Below, piece by piece: positions 31,134 to 40,699 of a stretch of 64,000 bases of DNA. Numbering within the stretch: the stretch's first letter is position 1; each line of letters starts with the position of its first letter. The notes beneath the pieces were generated by a model. It was given only the letters and a program-made list of their open reading frames with translations. It had not been told where the DNA came from and did not search any database. Location of the stretch: the IMG/VR virus record IMGVR_UViG_3300020276_000001, positions 1-64,000 of that record; one strand, given 5' to 3'. Made by a program: the position numbers and the translations under genes. Source of the DNA: a virus. Taxonomy: Duplodnaviria; Caudoviricetes.

Positions 31134-31766
31134 GTGATAAACTTAAGAGAGAATTTGACATTCGACCAAGCTAAAATGGTCATTGAGACTACTGAAAACG
31201 ACAAGGGTGGAAAGGACCTTTTTTTAAAGGGAATTTGTATCCAAGGCGGAGTAAAAAACGCTAACCAGCGAGTTTACCCTGTTACCGAGATAGGTAGAGC
31301 TGTCAACACTCTTAACGATCAGATTACGGGAGGATATTCAGTTCTCGGCGAAGTTGATCATCCAGAAGGACTTAACATAAACTTAGACCGAGTTTCGCAC
31401 ATGATTACAGAAATGTGGATGGACGGACCAAACGGTTACGGGAAACTTAAAGTATTACCTACGCCAATGGGACAACTAGTTAAAACAATGCTGGAAAGCG
31501 GAGTTAAACTAGGTGTTTCATCGCGTGGTAGCGGAAACGTCATGGAAGATGGTTCCGGACAAGTAAGCGATTATGAGATTATAACAGTCGATGTAGTTGC
31601 TCAACCCAGTGCTCCAGGTGCCTACCCGACACCAATATACGAGCATTTATTAAATGCCCGTGGGGGGTACAAGGCACTAGAATTAGCACGAGAAGTTCGA
31701 GGCGACAACAAGGCACAAAAGTATTTGAAGGAATCTTTGGTTAATATAATCAAAGGCCTCCAGTAA
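31134..31766 (+). CDS. gp21: Prohead protease
   Basis: NANQRVYP, LGEVDHP, LGVSSRGSG and DVVAQPSAPGAY motifs. Confidence 0.95.
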   Translation: MINLRENLTFDQAKMVIETTENDKGGKDLFLKGICIQGGVKNANQRVYPVTEIGRAVNTLNDQITGGYSVLGEVDHPEGLNINLDRVSHMITEMWMDGPNGYGKLKVLPTPMGQLVKTMLESGVKLGVSSRGSGNVMEDGSGQVSDYEIITVDVVAQPSAPGAYPTPIYEHLLNARGGYKALELAREVRGDNKAQKYLKESLVNIIKGLQ

Positions 31767-31779
31767 TAAGGAGAAAAAT

Positions 31780-32883
31780 ATGTTGGAAGCACTGAAATCA
31801 CTTTTTGAAAACAACGCAATTTCAGAAGAAATCAGAGCAGACATCCAAGAAGCATGGGACAAGCAAGTAAGTGAAAACAAACTGGCTGTCACTGCGGAAC
31901 TTCGTGAAGAGTTCGCTAGTAAATACGAACACGATAAAGCTACTATGGTTGAAGCAATTGATACAATGGTAACTGAAAAACTTCAAGAAGAAATTTCCGA
32001 ATTTGCTGAAGATAGAAAACAATTAGCAGAAGCTAGAGCCAAGTATGCTGTAGCTATGCGTGAAAACGCAGGTTTGTTAAAAGGTTTTGTATTTGAACAG
32101 CTTAAGAAGGAAGTGGGTGAGTTACATGAAGACCAAAAAACTATGTCAAGTAAATTTGGCAAGTTAGAGGACTTTGTTGTAGAAGCTCTTGCTAAAGAAA
32201 TTGCAGAGTTCCACGAAGACAAGAAAGATTTAGCTGAAACTAAAGTTAAACTAGTTAGAGAAGCTAAAACACATTTAGCAAAAGTACGTAAGTCTTTTGT
32301 TGAGAAAAGTGCAAAAATTGTATCTGAAGGAGTTAGTAAAAAACTTTCAAGTGAAATTACTCAACTTAAAGAAGATATTGATTCAGCACGTAAAAATGAT
32401 TTTGGTCGCAAAATTTTCGAAACATTTGCAGGCGAGTATGCAAATAGCTACTTAAACGAAAAGTCCGAAACAGCTAAACTATTAAAAGTAGTTAATGTTA
32501 AAGACAAAGCAGTTGCAGAAGCTAAAGCAGAAGTCGAAGAAGTTAAGAAAATCGTCGAGAGTAAAGACGCAGAGATTGGAAAAATTTCTGATGCGGCTAA
32601 ACGTAAAGAAGTAATGCACGAATTAACTGGACCTTTGAGCAAGGACCAGCGTGAGATTATGGTAGACTTACTGGAAAATATACAGACAAGCAAACTGCAA
32701 AGTGCGTTTGACAAGTATATTCCGGCGGTAATAGACGGTAAAACTCCAGCGAAGAAGAAGGCTACTCTTACAGAGTCCGAGGCAAAAGAAATCACAGGCA
32801 ATAAAGAATCTAACGTTAGTAGAGTAAGTCAAGAAGAGAATAATAATATTATTCATATTCAAAAACTTGCTGGATTGAAATAA
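31780..32883 (+). CDS. gp22: Prohead core scaffolding protein
   Basis: Coiled-coil protein between protease and major capsid gene. Confidence 0.8.
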   Translation: MLEALKSLFENNAISEEIRADIQEAWDKQVSENKLAVTAELREEFASKYEHDKATMVEAIDTMVTEKLQEEISEFAEDRKQLAEARAKYAVAMRENAGLLKGFVFEQLKKEVGELHEDQKTMSSKFGKLEDFVVEALAKEIAEFHEDKKDLAETKVKLVREAKTHLAKVRKSFVEKSAKIVSEGVSKKLSSEITQLKEDIDSARKNDFGRKIFETFAGEYANSYLNEKSETAKLLKVVNVKDKAVAEAKAEVEEVKKIVESKDAEIGKISDAAKRKEVMHELTGPLSKDQREIMVDLLENIQTSKLQSAFDKYIPAVIDGKTPAKKKATLTESEAKEITGNKESNVSRVSQEENNNIIHIQKLAGLK

Positions 32884-32893
32884 GGAGAAAACA

Positions 32894-34060
32894 ATGTCAG
32901 AACTACTAGAAAGTCGCTGGCAGGATACCAAAACTGCACTTTTAGAAGGCCTAAATGGTAATAAGAAAGCTGTAATGGCAAGTACTCTTGAAAACACACG
33001 CAAGTGGTTGAATGAGACTGCTACAGCTGGTTCTACAAGCGCCGGTAATGTTGCAACTCTAAACAGAGTTATCCTACCAGTAATCAGACGTGTCATGCCG
33101 ACTGTAATAGCCAACGAATTAGTTGGTGTACAGCCTATGACAGGTCCAGTGGGTCAAATCCACACATTAAGAGTACGTTACGCTGATTCGTCAGATGGTA
33201 ACGAAGTTGGTGAAGAAGCATTATCACCATTTAAGATCGCGGCGGCATACTCAGGTAACGCCACTGATGCAACACCTAAAGGATCTGCTACAGCGGCTCT
33301 AGAAGGTCAAGCTGGAAAGAGAATGTCTATCCAGATCTTAAAGCAAACTGTCGAAGCAAAAACTAGAAAGCTATCAGCTAGATGGACTTTTGAAGCGGCA
33401 CAAGATGCTCAAGCACAGCAAGGCATCGATATTGAAGCAGAAATTATGGCGGCATTAGCCCAAGAAATTACTGCTGAGATCGATCAAGAAGTATTAGCTT
33501 CTTTGAGAGCTTTAGCTGGTACGCAAAACCAACAAGCATACGACCAGAACGCTGTAAGCGGTACTGCAACATTCGTAGGTGATGAACACGCGGCTTTGGC
33601 TGTGATGATCAACCGTGTTGCTAACAATATCGCACAGAGAACTAGACGTGGTGCTGGTAACTATGCTGTGGTTTCACCACACGCATTAACTATCCTACAA
33701 AGTGCAACAACTTCAGCGTTCGCAAGAACAACTGAAGGTGCATTTGAGGCTCCTACAAATACTAAAATGGTTGGAACATTGAATTCAGCTATGAAAGTAT
33801 ATGTAGATTCATATGCCACTGATGCAACTGCAATTCTTGTAGGTTACAAAGGTTCAAGTGAATCAGACGCACCTGCGTTCTACTGCCCTTACATTCCTTT
33901 AATGTCAAGTGGCGTAGTACTAGATCCGTCTAGCTTTGAGCCAGTAGTTAGCTTTATGACAAGATACGGTTATGTTGAGTTAAACAACACAGCATCATCT
34001 CTTGGTAATGCGGCAGACTACTTAGGTACAGTTACTATTGCGAACGTAACATTTAGCTAA
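32894..34060 (+). CDS. gp23: Major capsid protein
   Basis: GVQPMTGPVG, VEAKTRKLSARWT, EITAEIDQE, AFYCPYIPL and FMTRYG motifs. Confidence 0.97.
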   Translation: MSELLESRWQDTKTALLEGLNGNKKAVMASTLENTRKWLNETATAGSTSAGNVATLNRVILPVIRRVMPTVIANELVGVQPMTGPVGQIHTLRVRYADSSDGNEVGEEALSPFKIAAAYSGNATDATPKGSATAALEGQAGKRMSIQILKQTVEAKTRKLSARWTFEAAQDAQAQQGIDIEAEIMAALAQEITAEIDQEVLASLRALAGTQNQQAYDQNAVSGTATFVGDEHAALAVMINRVANNIAQRTRRGAGNYAVVSPHALTILQSATTSAFARTTEGAFEAPTNTKMVGTLNSAMKVYVDSYATDATAILVGYKGSSESDAPAFYCPYIPLMSSGVVLDPSSFEPVVSFMTRYGYVELNNTASSLGNAADYLGTVTIANVTFS

Positions 34061-34095
34061 TCCATAGGGTTAGTTACTTAATGTAACAAAGTATT

Positions 34096-34125
34096 AGAAA
34101 GGCCCTTCGGGGCCTTTCTTTTTTT
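34096..34125 (+). terminator. Rho-independent terminator of the capsid operon
   Basis: AGAAAGGCCC-TTCG-GGGCCTTTCT followed by a T tract (cUUCGg loop). Confidence 0.95.
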
Positions 34126-34169
34126 ATGGATATTCTTTCTATTTTGGTAAACCTTTTTGCATTTTCTGG

Positions 34170-34198
34170 TTGCTTTTTGTAACTAGAGGTGCTATATT
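34170..34198 (+). promoter_or_regulatory. Sigma70-like promoter upstream of a structured RNA
   Basis: TTGCTT-17 bp-TATATT, placing +1 near 34205. Confidence 0.65.
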
Positions 34199-34204
34199 AG
34201 TAAC

Positions 34205-34421
34205 ATAAGCATTAGTAGAGTAATTAACTACTAATTATAGTGCAAGGAAGAGGCTCCTACCAAAAGAGTCGAACTTGACGGTCCAGGGGTGGTACCCAGG
34301 GTTTGTAGTAGAAATACGCAGGCTCACATCGCACTAACCCGCGGGGATCGGTTGTACGGTTTAGAAATGGTATTTCGGTCCGTGCTTGTAGGTGTACCCA
34401 AGTCCTACCTATTTTGCTTAT
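34205..34421 (+). ncRNA. Candidate stand-alone structured ncRNA (about 217 nt)
   Basis: Terminal stem ATAAGCA/TGCTTAT starts at the predicted +1; multiple internal helices and a GAAA tetraloop. Confidence 0.7.
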
Positions 34422-34461
34422 ACTTTCTTTCCCCATTCCCAAAACTTTGATAAATACTTGT

Positions 34462-34530
34462 GTCTATAGAGCGAGTCGCCATACAGCGGCGGACTTATGC
34501 GGAATACCATCCGCGTAGACCTAGAACGTC
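34462..34530 (+). promoter_or_regulatory. Structured 5' leader after late promoter GATAAATA (34449)
   Basis: Hairpins GAGTCGCC/GGCGGACTT and TATGCGGA/TCCGCGTA just before the GGAG RBS. Confidence 0.5.
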
Positions 34531-34544
34531 AAAGGAGAAACAAA

Positions 34545-35162
34545 ATGGGAAGACCAATTAATAAAAAACACATTGGTGATGGAGCAGGTAAAATCCAAGT
34601 AACTGCGGTTAAATTCGCGGCAGGTGGAGAAATTACTACTGAGTCACACATTGTGAATCAAAGATCAGCAAATAAATTTACTGTTACAGACGGAAGTAAA
34701 ACTGAAGTATGTACACTTGTTAACAAGTCAATCGGTGGTTTAGGTGCTAGTGAATTTTGTATCAACGTTACAGACAGTGATGGTGTTACAAAACAAGTAA
34801 CTAAAATGTTCAACAGAAAAATGCAACTTGAAGGAGCAACTAGACATAAATGGGCTAGAAACTCTGCAGGTGCATCTACGGCAGTTGAGAAAGTTATTTC
34901 AGGTGCTACAGCGGCAGATCCAGTTGTTATTACAGCAACAGGACACGGCTTCAGCAACGGAGATAAAGTATCTATCCGTGGCGTAGTTGGAATGGTTGAG
35001 CTTAACACTGAAACTGCATATACAGTGGCAAACAAAGCAACTAACACATTTGAATTATCAGGTGTTGACGGTAGTGGCTTTACTGCATACGGTAGTGCTG
35101 GAGTGGCAACTAAAGCGGCGGCTGAAGCTGGCGGCATTGTTGTTGACGCACAGGCATCGTAA
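34545..35162 (+). CDS. Virion structural/decoration protein with an FCCH-like beta domain
   Basis: Start reassigned to ATG 34545 (AAGGAG RBS). ISGATAADPVVITATGHGFSNGDKVSIRGVVGMVELN is the phage FCCH-like motif. Confidence 0.7.
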   Translation: MGRPINKKHIGDGAGKIQVTAVKFAAGGEITTESHIVNQRSANKFTVTDGSKTEVCTLVNKSIGGLGASEFCINVTDSDGVTKQVTKMFNRKMQLEGATRHKWARNSAGASTAVEKVISGATAADPVVITATGHGFSNGDKVSIRGVVGMVELNTETAYTVANKATNTFELSGVDGSGFTAYGSAGVATKAAAEAGGIVVDAQAS

Positions 35163-35171
35163 TTGAATTAA

Positions 35172-35198
35172 TGTTGTGGGGACTTGTTCCCCACAATA
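35172..35198 (+). terminator. Intergenic hairpin (terminator or processing site)
   Basis: TGTTGTGGGGA-CTTGT-TCCCCACAATA, with no clear U tract. Confidence 0.45.
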
Positions 35199-35214
35199 GT
35201 TCAAGGAAAACACA

Positions 35215-36186
35215 ATGGCAAAAAATTTAGTAGTAGACGGAGATTACAGAATCAAGACAGGAGATGCAGGAACCATCTTCCTTGATACTGGTACTCAGAT
35301 AGGTCAAGTTTATATGACCGGTAACCTTGTCGTTAAAGGTACTACAACTCAAGTTGATGCAACAGATTTAAATTTAAAAGATAACATCATTCAAGTTAAC
35401 GCAGGAGAACAGGGTGCAGGTGTAACACTTGGTACTGCTGGTATCCAGGTTGACAGAGGTAGTTTAGTTGATACACAAATTGTTTTTGATGAAAGTGTAA
35501 CATGGAATGATCCTGTTACCAACACAGTAAAAACAGGTGGATTTAAACTAAGAGATACCAATGGTAGTAACATTGGATTAGAAGTTAGAAGTATTGCAAC
35601 AGGAGGTGGAGACTTATTTTTAATTAACACTGGAACAGGTGTTATTAGTGTAAGTGGAACTAACCAATACGAAAATCAAATTACTGATGACGATGACATA
35701 CCAAATAAAAAATATGTTGACGTGCAAATTGCGGCACAGGTTGCCGCGGCAGACTTCCAAAAGATTAGAGATGGAAGTTCAAGTTTTACACAGGTAGTTG
35801 TAGCTGACTTTGAAACTACAAGTAATCCAAGTGTAGCGGCAATTACAGTTGATGGAAATAATCACGTAAACTTTTACGATAACAGAAGTGAACTACATGA
35901 CCTAAGAATTACAGGTTCAAAAATTGAAACTACTGTAAGTAGTGCAGATCTTGTTTTATCAGCACCAGGTACAGGTTCAGTAGTTATTGACGATCAACTA
36001 CAAATTTTAACAACACCTAGTCCAGATGACGCTGGTGTAGATCCTGCACAACCAACAGATGGTTTAAAGATTTATGCAAAGAGTCAAGGTGTAGGTAAAA
36101 CAGGCTTATATTATGTAAATAGTAGTAATGTAAGAGACGAACTAATTAGTAAAAATAGATCATTGCTTTTAAGCATGATCTTTTAA
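35215..36186 (+). CDS. Virion structural / fibre-like protein
   Basis: GNLVVKGTTTQVD...DNIIQVN...GIQVDRG and DIPNKKYVD fibre motifs. Confidence 0.7.
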   Translation: MAKNLVVDGDYRIKTGDAGTIFLDTGTQIGQVYMTGNLVVKGTTTQVDATDLNLKDNIIQVNAGEQGAGVTLGTAGIQVDRGSLVDTQIVFDESVTWNDPVTNTVKTGGFKLRDTNGSNIGLEVRSIATGGGDLFLINTGTGVISVSGTNQYENQITDDDDIPNKKYVDVQIAAQVAAADFQKIRDGSSSFTQVVVADFETTSNPSVAAITVDGNNHVNFYDNRSELHDLRITGSKIETTVSSADLVLSAPGTGSVVIDDQLQILTTPSPDDAGVDPAQPTDGLKIYAKSQGVGKTGLYYVNSSNVRDELISKNRSLLLSMIF

Positions 36187-36195
36187 GGATAGAAA

Positions 36196-36528
36196 ATGGC
36201 AATAGCACAAGCGGCAATAGGAAACACAGATACAGTAGTACTAACGGTACCTGCAAGTACATCTTATGCAATTACAACTGTTATGGTTTGTAACCATGCA
36301 GGTTTCAATTCCGGCGGAACTAATGATACATCATTTGATTTACACTTTGTAAAAAGTGGACAAGCAAAGTCCAACACTAACATGGTAGTAAAAGAAATGC
36401 CAGTACCAGGTGGAGAAACATTTACATTTGATACTGAAAAAGTAGTGTTAGAAGCTGGTGATAAAGTAACTGTATTATCACAAGCACCGTTGAACTTGAG
36501 TATAACTGTAAGTTACTTAGAGGTATAA
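36196..36528 (+). CDS. Small beta-rich structural protein, paralogue 1
   Basis: LTVPA...VCN...LEAGD...SYLEV pattern shared with the ORFs at 40370 and 52782. Confidence 0.7.
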   Translation: MAIAQAAIGNTDTVVLTVPASTSYAITTVMVCNHAGFNSGGTNDTSFDLHFVKSGQAKSNTNMVVKEMPVPGGETFTFDTEKVVLEAGDKVTVLSQAPLNLSITVSYLEV

Positions 36529-36531
36529 TAG

Positions 36532-37035
36532 ATGAGATATCTAAGAAGACAATCAACTAATGCTCGTGGGATCTATGGAAACAAAGATATCCGCAGAGAT
36601 ATCAACGGACAAGTTGTCTTAGATAGTACGGATATGATGTTAGTTCCTACAGGAACAACAGCACAAAAACTTACTAGTCCTGTAAACGGCCATATGAGAT
36701 ATAACACAACAACTAATGTGTTTGAAAATTATCAAGCAGGTAGTTGGGCACCTATTAGAAGATTTGAGCCAGCAAGTATTGTTATGCAAAGTTTAGGCAA
36801 CGGTAACGATGTTGAAACTAAATTTGGTCCATTAAACAATGGAGACTCTTATAACCCTGCACCAGCGGCGGCACAAAATTTAATCGTATTAGTTGAAAAC
36901 GTATTTCAACTTCCAACAACAAACTATACTCTAGAACAAAACCCAAGTGGTTATGCGGCAGGTTGGTATGTAGTATTTGGTACAGCAGTACCTACAGGAA
37001 AACCAGTCACAGTTCTACACAACTTTGACAAGTAA
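36532..37035 (+). CDS. Fibre-associated structural protein
   Basis: VPTGTTAQ...GHMRYNTTTNVFE fibre motif. Confidence 0.7.
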   Translation: MRYLRRQSTNARGIYGNKDIRRDINGQVVLDSTDMMLVPTGTTAQKLTSPVNGHMRYNTTTNVFENYQAGSWAPIRRFEPASIVMQSLGNGNDVETKFGPLNNGDSYNPAPAAAQNLIVLVENVFQLPTTNYTLEQNPSGYAAGWYVVFGTAVPTGKPVTVLHNFDK

Positions 37036-37247
37036 TGTCCGATAACGGTATATCACACTTAGAATTTAAAAGACAACGCCAAGAGCAAAAGTTAAAACTT
37101 GCGGCTGAAAAACGTGCGGCTACAGGCAAAAGAGCTACACTTAAAAAGGGCTTAATGCCTACTATGTATCAAGCAGGTAATAACGATACATCAAAGAAAA
37201 AAGAAATCACAACAGGAACATTAAAAGCTGGCCGTCCTTGGACATAG
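37035..37247 (+). CDS. Small basic hypothetical protein
   Basis: 70 aa, coupled to the upstream gene by TAATG. Confidence 0.6.
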   Translation: MSDNGISHLEFKRQRQEQKLKLAAEKRAATGKRATLKKGLMPTMYQAGNNDTSKKKEITTGTLKAGRPWT

Positions 37248-37278
37248 TATTCCGATAAATATAGTATAGGAGTACAAC

Positions 37279-38748
37279 ATGGCAATAGCTAGAATTTCAG
37301 GACCATTATTAGCGGCTAATTTAAAGAGAACGCTCAGTAATCTTGCGTTCGAAACTGATCTATTATACATCGGTGCTTTAAATGGCAGAGTGGGTGTTAG
37401 AACTGATAGTCCTAATGCTGAACTTAATGTTAACGGTCAAATTAATGCTCCTACTGTTTATGCCACAAGACTAACAGGTGGTAATTTAGAATTTAGTACA
37501 ACAGGTGTTAGATCCATAACAGGTGATATCATCTTAAATGCTGTTGAAAATATTAAAATTGACAGATTACAAACTACCGGTGTAAGAAATCTAGAAGTAA
37601 ACGGCAACGACATAAAAACATTTCAAAACAACGATGATATTGTTTTTGATCCTAACCAAAGTGGTAAGACACATTTCTTAAAAAATACAAAAGTTACAGG
37701 TAACGCAACAGCAACTGGTAATGTTACTATTCCAGGTAATGTAACAGTTGGCGGAAACTTTGACTTAGGTAACCAAGAAACTGATACAGTTGATTTTGAC
37801 TTTGTAAAATTTACACAAGATTTAGTTCCAAGAGCAACAACAGATTTATTAAACTTAGGTAGTGCTACTAAAAAGTGGAACGATATAAACAGTGGCATGG
37901 CAGACATTGGTGATATAAACATTGATACTAATGTTATAACTACAAAAACATTTAACAATAACTTTTACATTAGACCATCAGGTACTGGTGCTATTGTAGT
38001 TGAGGATTTGCGTTTTAGTGCAAATGTATTATCATCTACAGGTTCTAACGATATAGAATTTAAGCCAGGTGGAGAAGATATAAGCATCACGGTACAAGGT
38101 GCTATGAGAGTTCCGGCTGGTACAGAAGCACAAAGACCTAGCTCATATAGAGATGTAAGATACAATACTACAACTAATTTCTTTGAATTGTTTTCAACTG
38201 CATATACTCCTTTGAGAGGTATATGGAGTGAAGATAGACAAACTTATGTACTAGCAAATAACGACAATACTTTTAGTTTTGTTACAAATAATGCTACAAA
38301 TACTACACTTACATCAGATGGATTAGTAACAAATAAACTAATTTCTCAGGATAATATTACTATTGATAATGCAAATATTACAAGTGCTTCAACAAACGCA
38401 AACATCAATCTTACAGCCAACGGTACAGGAACAGTTAACATAGGTGACTTAAAAATTAACGGAAGTACTATTACAAATACAGGTTCAGGGGACATGACCA
38501 TGACAACACTAGGATTAGGCAACGGAGGAGTTGTTCAATTTGGTGGTACTGGTGGATTTGTTATACCAGCAGGTTCAGTTGCTGATAGACCCATTGGACA
38601 ATTAGGTGCAACCAGATATAATACTGTACTAAAATACCTAGAAACTTGGGACGGTACGCAGTGGGCTAACGTATCTGGTGCTGGTGATTCTGTAACAGTT
38701 GAGTATATGGAAGAACTAGTTAATATCTATACCTTAGCACTGGGTTAA
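37279..38748 (+). CDS. Fibre-like virion protein, paralogue A
   Basis: MAIARISGPLLAANL, LxPNGTG repeats and P-x-GT-x-AQRP...RYNT motifs. Confidence 0.75.
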   Translation: MAIARISGPLLAANLKRTLSNLAFETDLLYIGALNGRVGVRTDSPNAELNVNGQINAPTVYATRLTGGNLEFSTTGVRSITGDIILNAVENIKIDRLQTTGVRNLEVNGNDIKTFQNNDDIVFDPNQSGKTHFLKNTKVTGNATATGNVTIPGNVTVGGNFDLGNQETDTVDFDFVKFTQDLVPRATTDLLNLGSATKKWNDINSGMADIGDINIDTNVITTKTFNNNFYIRPSGTGAIVVEDLRFSANVLSSTGSNDIEFKPGGEDISITVQGAMRVPAGTEAQRPSSYRDVRYNTTTNFFELFSTAYTPLRGIWSEDRQTYVLANNDNTFSFVTNNATNTTLTSDGLVTNKLISQDNITIDNANITSASTNANINLTANGTGTVNIGDLKINGSTITNTGSGDMTMTTLGLGNGGVVQFGGTGGFVIPAGSVADRPIGQLGATRYNTVLKYLETWDGTQWANVSGAGDSVTVEYMEELVNIYTLALG

Positions 38749-38774
38749 TATCCAAAACGTATAAATACATATAA

Positions 38775-38878
38775 CATAAAGCAAGACCATCTGAGGGAGA
38801 GAAGCCCGAAGACGTTTTATGGGACATACTGTGGTTAACCGGCAATGTAATTAGGTTAGAGGGACAAGATCCCCGTAT
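38775..38878 (+). promoter_or_regulatory. Structured 5' leader between late promoter TATAAATA (38760) and the GTG start
   Basis: Stem CATAAAGC/GTTTTATG, then a three-way junction ending 2 nt before the GGAG RBS. Confidence 0.5.
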
Positions 38879-38890
38879 TAGGAGAAACAA

Positions 38891-40366
38891 GTGGCTGTAG
38901 GTCGTATATCGGGTCCGCTTTTAAAGGCAAATCTTCTGCGTAATGGCGTAGATTTAGCATTTGAAACCGACCTTCTTTATCTGGATGTTAATAACAGTAG
39001 AATAGGTGTTAAGACTGCATCTCCTCAATACGATTTAGACGTCAACGGAACAACAAGATCAACAGATTTAATTACTACAGGAACATCATATATAGGTGAT
39101 GTTAGAGTAAGTGGTAATACAATTACTACAGTTTCAAATACATTAAACTTAACAACTGTAGGTTCAGACAAAGTTACAGCATTAAAGACTCTTGATATTG
39201 ACGATTTAAGATTTGACACAAACGTAATTTCAAGCACAGTTTCAAACTCAGACATTGAAATACTTCCACATGGTTCGGGTAAGGTTGACGTACAAGGAAA
39301 TTTAGCAGTTACAGGTAATATAGATATTACAGGAAATTTAGTTGCTGATGGTGACATTACAATTTCAGGTAACGTACAGATAGGTGACGAAGCTACTGAT
39401 ACAATTAGTATCACAGCAGGTATTACATCAGATCTAAAACCAGATGCAACTGCAACATATAATTTAGGTACTCCAAGTAAAAAATGGAATAGCATACACT
39501 CATCAGCGGCCTACATAGACGACATAGTAATTGATAATAACATAATTCAAAATACAGTTTCAAATGCAGACTTAGAATTAAGAACAAACGGGTCAGGTTA
39601 CATTATTGTAGATGACTTCTTAATGAAGAATAACAGATTAGAAACAGCTACTTCAGACATGGTATTCAATCCAGGTAGTGGTGTTGTTAATGTAAATGCT
39701 ACGGGCTCGGTTAGAATACCTGCAGGTACTACAGCTCAAAGACCAAGTGTACCAGCAACAGGAATGATACGTTACAACACCACTACTTCAAAGTTTGAAG
39801 GTTATGATGGTAACTGGATTGTACTAACAGGTGTGTATGATTTAGATGCTGACACTTATATTACAGCAGAATTAACACCTGGTGCAAATGATAACACTAT
39901 TAGATTTTACTCTAATGGTAACTTAATTGCAAATATTACAGAAACAGAATTTAATGTTGCTAAGATTAACGTAGATAGCATACAAATTGACGGCAACACT
40001 ATTAGTACAACTACTGCAAATACAGACCTTAATTTAACACCAAACGGCACAGGCGGTGTACAAATAGATAATTTTAATATCAGCGGAAGTACTATAAATA
40101 ACACTAGTAGCGGTGCTACAAGTGTGTTAGATCCAGGTACTGGATTCTTTAAAATTGAAGGTACAGATGCATTTATAGTTCCAGCTGGTACAGGTGCCCA
40201 ACGTCACGCAAGTCCTATTTTAGGAATGACACGTTGGAACACAACAGATGGAAGACTAGAAATATATGATGGAACAGTATGGGACACAGTTGCAGGTAGT
40301 TCTGGAGCAGTTTCTCAAACAGATGCACAAAACATCGCATTAGAATTAGTATTAAGTTTAGGATAA
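38891..40366 (+). CDS. Fibre-like virion protein, paralogue B (GTG start)
   Basis: MAVGRISGPLLKANL; colinear with the 37279 ORF. Confidence 0.75.
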   Translation: MAVGRISGPLLKANLLRNGVDLAFETDLLYLDVNNSRIGVKTASPQYDLDVNGTTRSTDLITTGTSYIGDVRVSGNTITTVSNTLNLTTVGSDKVTALKTLDIDDLRFDTNVISSTVSNSDIEILPHGSGKVDVQGNLAVTGNIDITGNLVADGDITISGNVQIGDEATDTISITAGITSDLKPDATATYNLGTPSKKWNSIHSSAAYIDDIVIDNNIIQNTVSNADLELRTNGSGYIIVDDFLMKNNRLETATSDMVFNPGSGVVNVNATGSVRIPAGTTAQRPSVPATGMIRYNTTTSKFEGYDGNWIVLTGVYDLDADTYITAELTPGANDNTIRFYSNGNLIANITETEFNVAKINVDSIQIDGNTISTTTANTDLNLTPNGTGGVQIDNFNISGSTINNTSSGATSVLDPGTGFFKIEGTDAFIVPAGTGAQRHASPILGMTRWNTTDGRLEIYDGTVWDTVAGSSGAVSQTDAQNIALELVLSLG

Positions 40367-40369
40367 AGC

Positions 40370-40699
40370 ATGGCAACGTTTTTTAAAAATAAAGTAGTAA
40401 AGCAAGTAGGAGTAGTACCAGTAGAAATACTATCTGTTCCTGTAGGCTCCAAGGTTACTGCTATTGGTTTATCGATTGCAAACTTATTAGATGGTAATAC
40501 TAGAGTTAGTATTCAAGTCAAAGACGAAACTAGTGTAACGGGATATTATGTTAAAGACGTTATGATAGCCCCGAACGCCAGTTTAAGAGCAATCAATGGA
40601 GGCGAGAAATTAGTCTTGCCGGCAACAAATGGAGTTATTATCACAGCAGATCAAAATGATGCTGTAGATGTAATTCTAAGTTATGTGGAGATCGTATAA
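40370..40699 (+). CDS. Small beta-rich structural protein, paralogue 2
   Basis: LSVPVG...IAN...SYVEIV. Confidence 0.7.
   Translation: MATFFKNKVVKQVGVVPVEILSVPVGSKVTAIGLSIANLLDGNTRVSIQVKDETSVTGYYVKDVMIAPNASLRAINGGEKLVLPATNGVIITADQNDAVDVILSYVEIV

Noticed and set aside
24700-33114. Long antisense ORFs such as 26047-27060 (337 aa) and 30153-30926 (257 aa)
   Set aside because: These are artefacts of biased codon usage in Ala/Gly-rich or Asp/Glu-rich sense genes; the translations are Ser/Pro-rich and unlike real proteins.
34257-34544. 61-aa minus-strand ORF at 34257-34442 and the ATG at 34497
   Set aside because: Both lie inside structured non-coding elements. The clear RBS points to 34545.
38826-38878. 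Hammerhead ribozyme
   Set aside because: The three-way topology is similar, but the CTGATGA and GAAA core is absent (CTGTGG instead).
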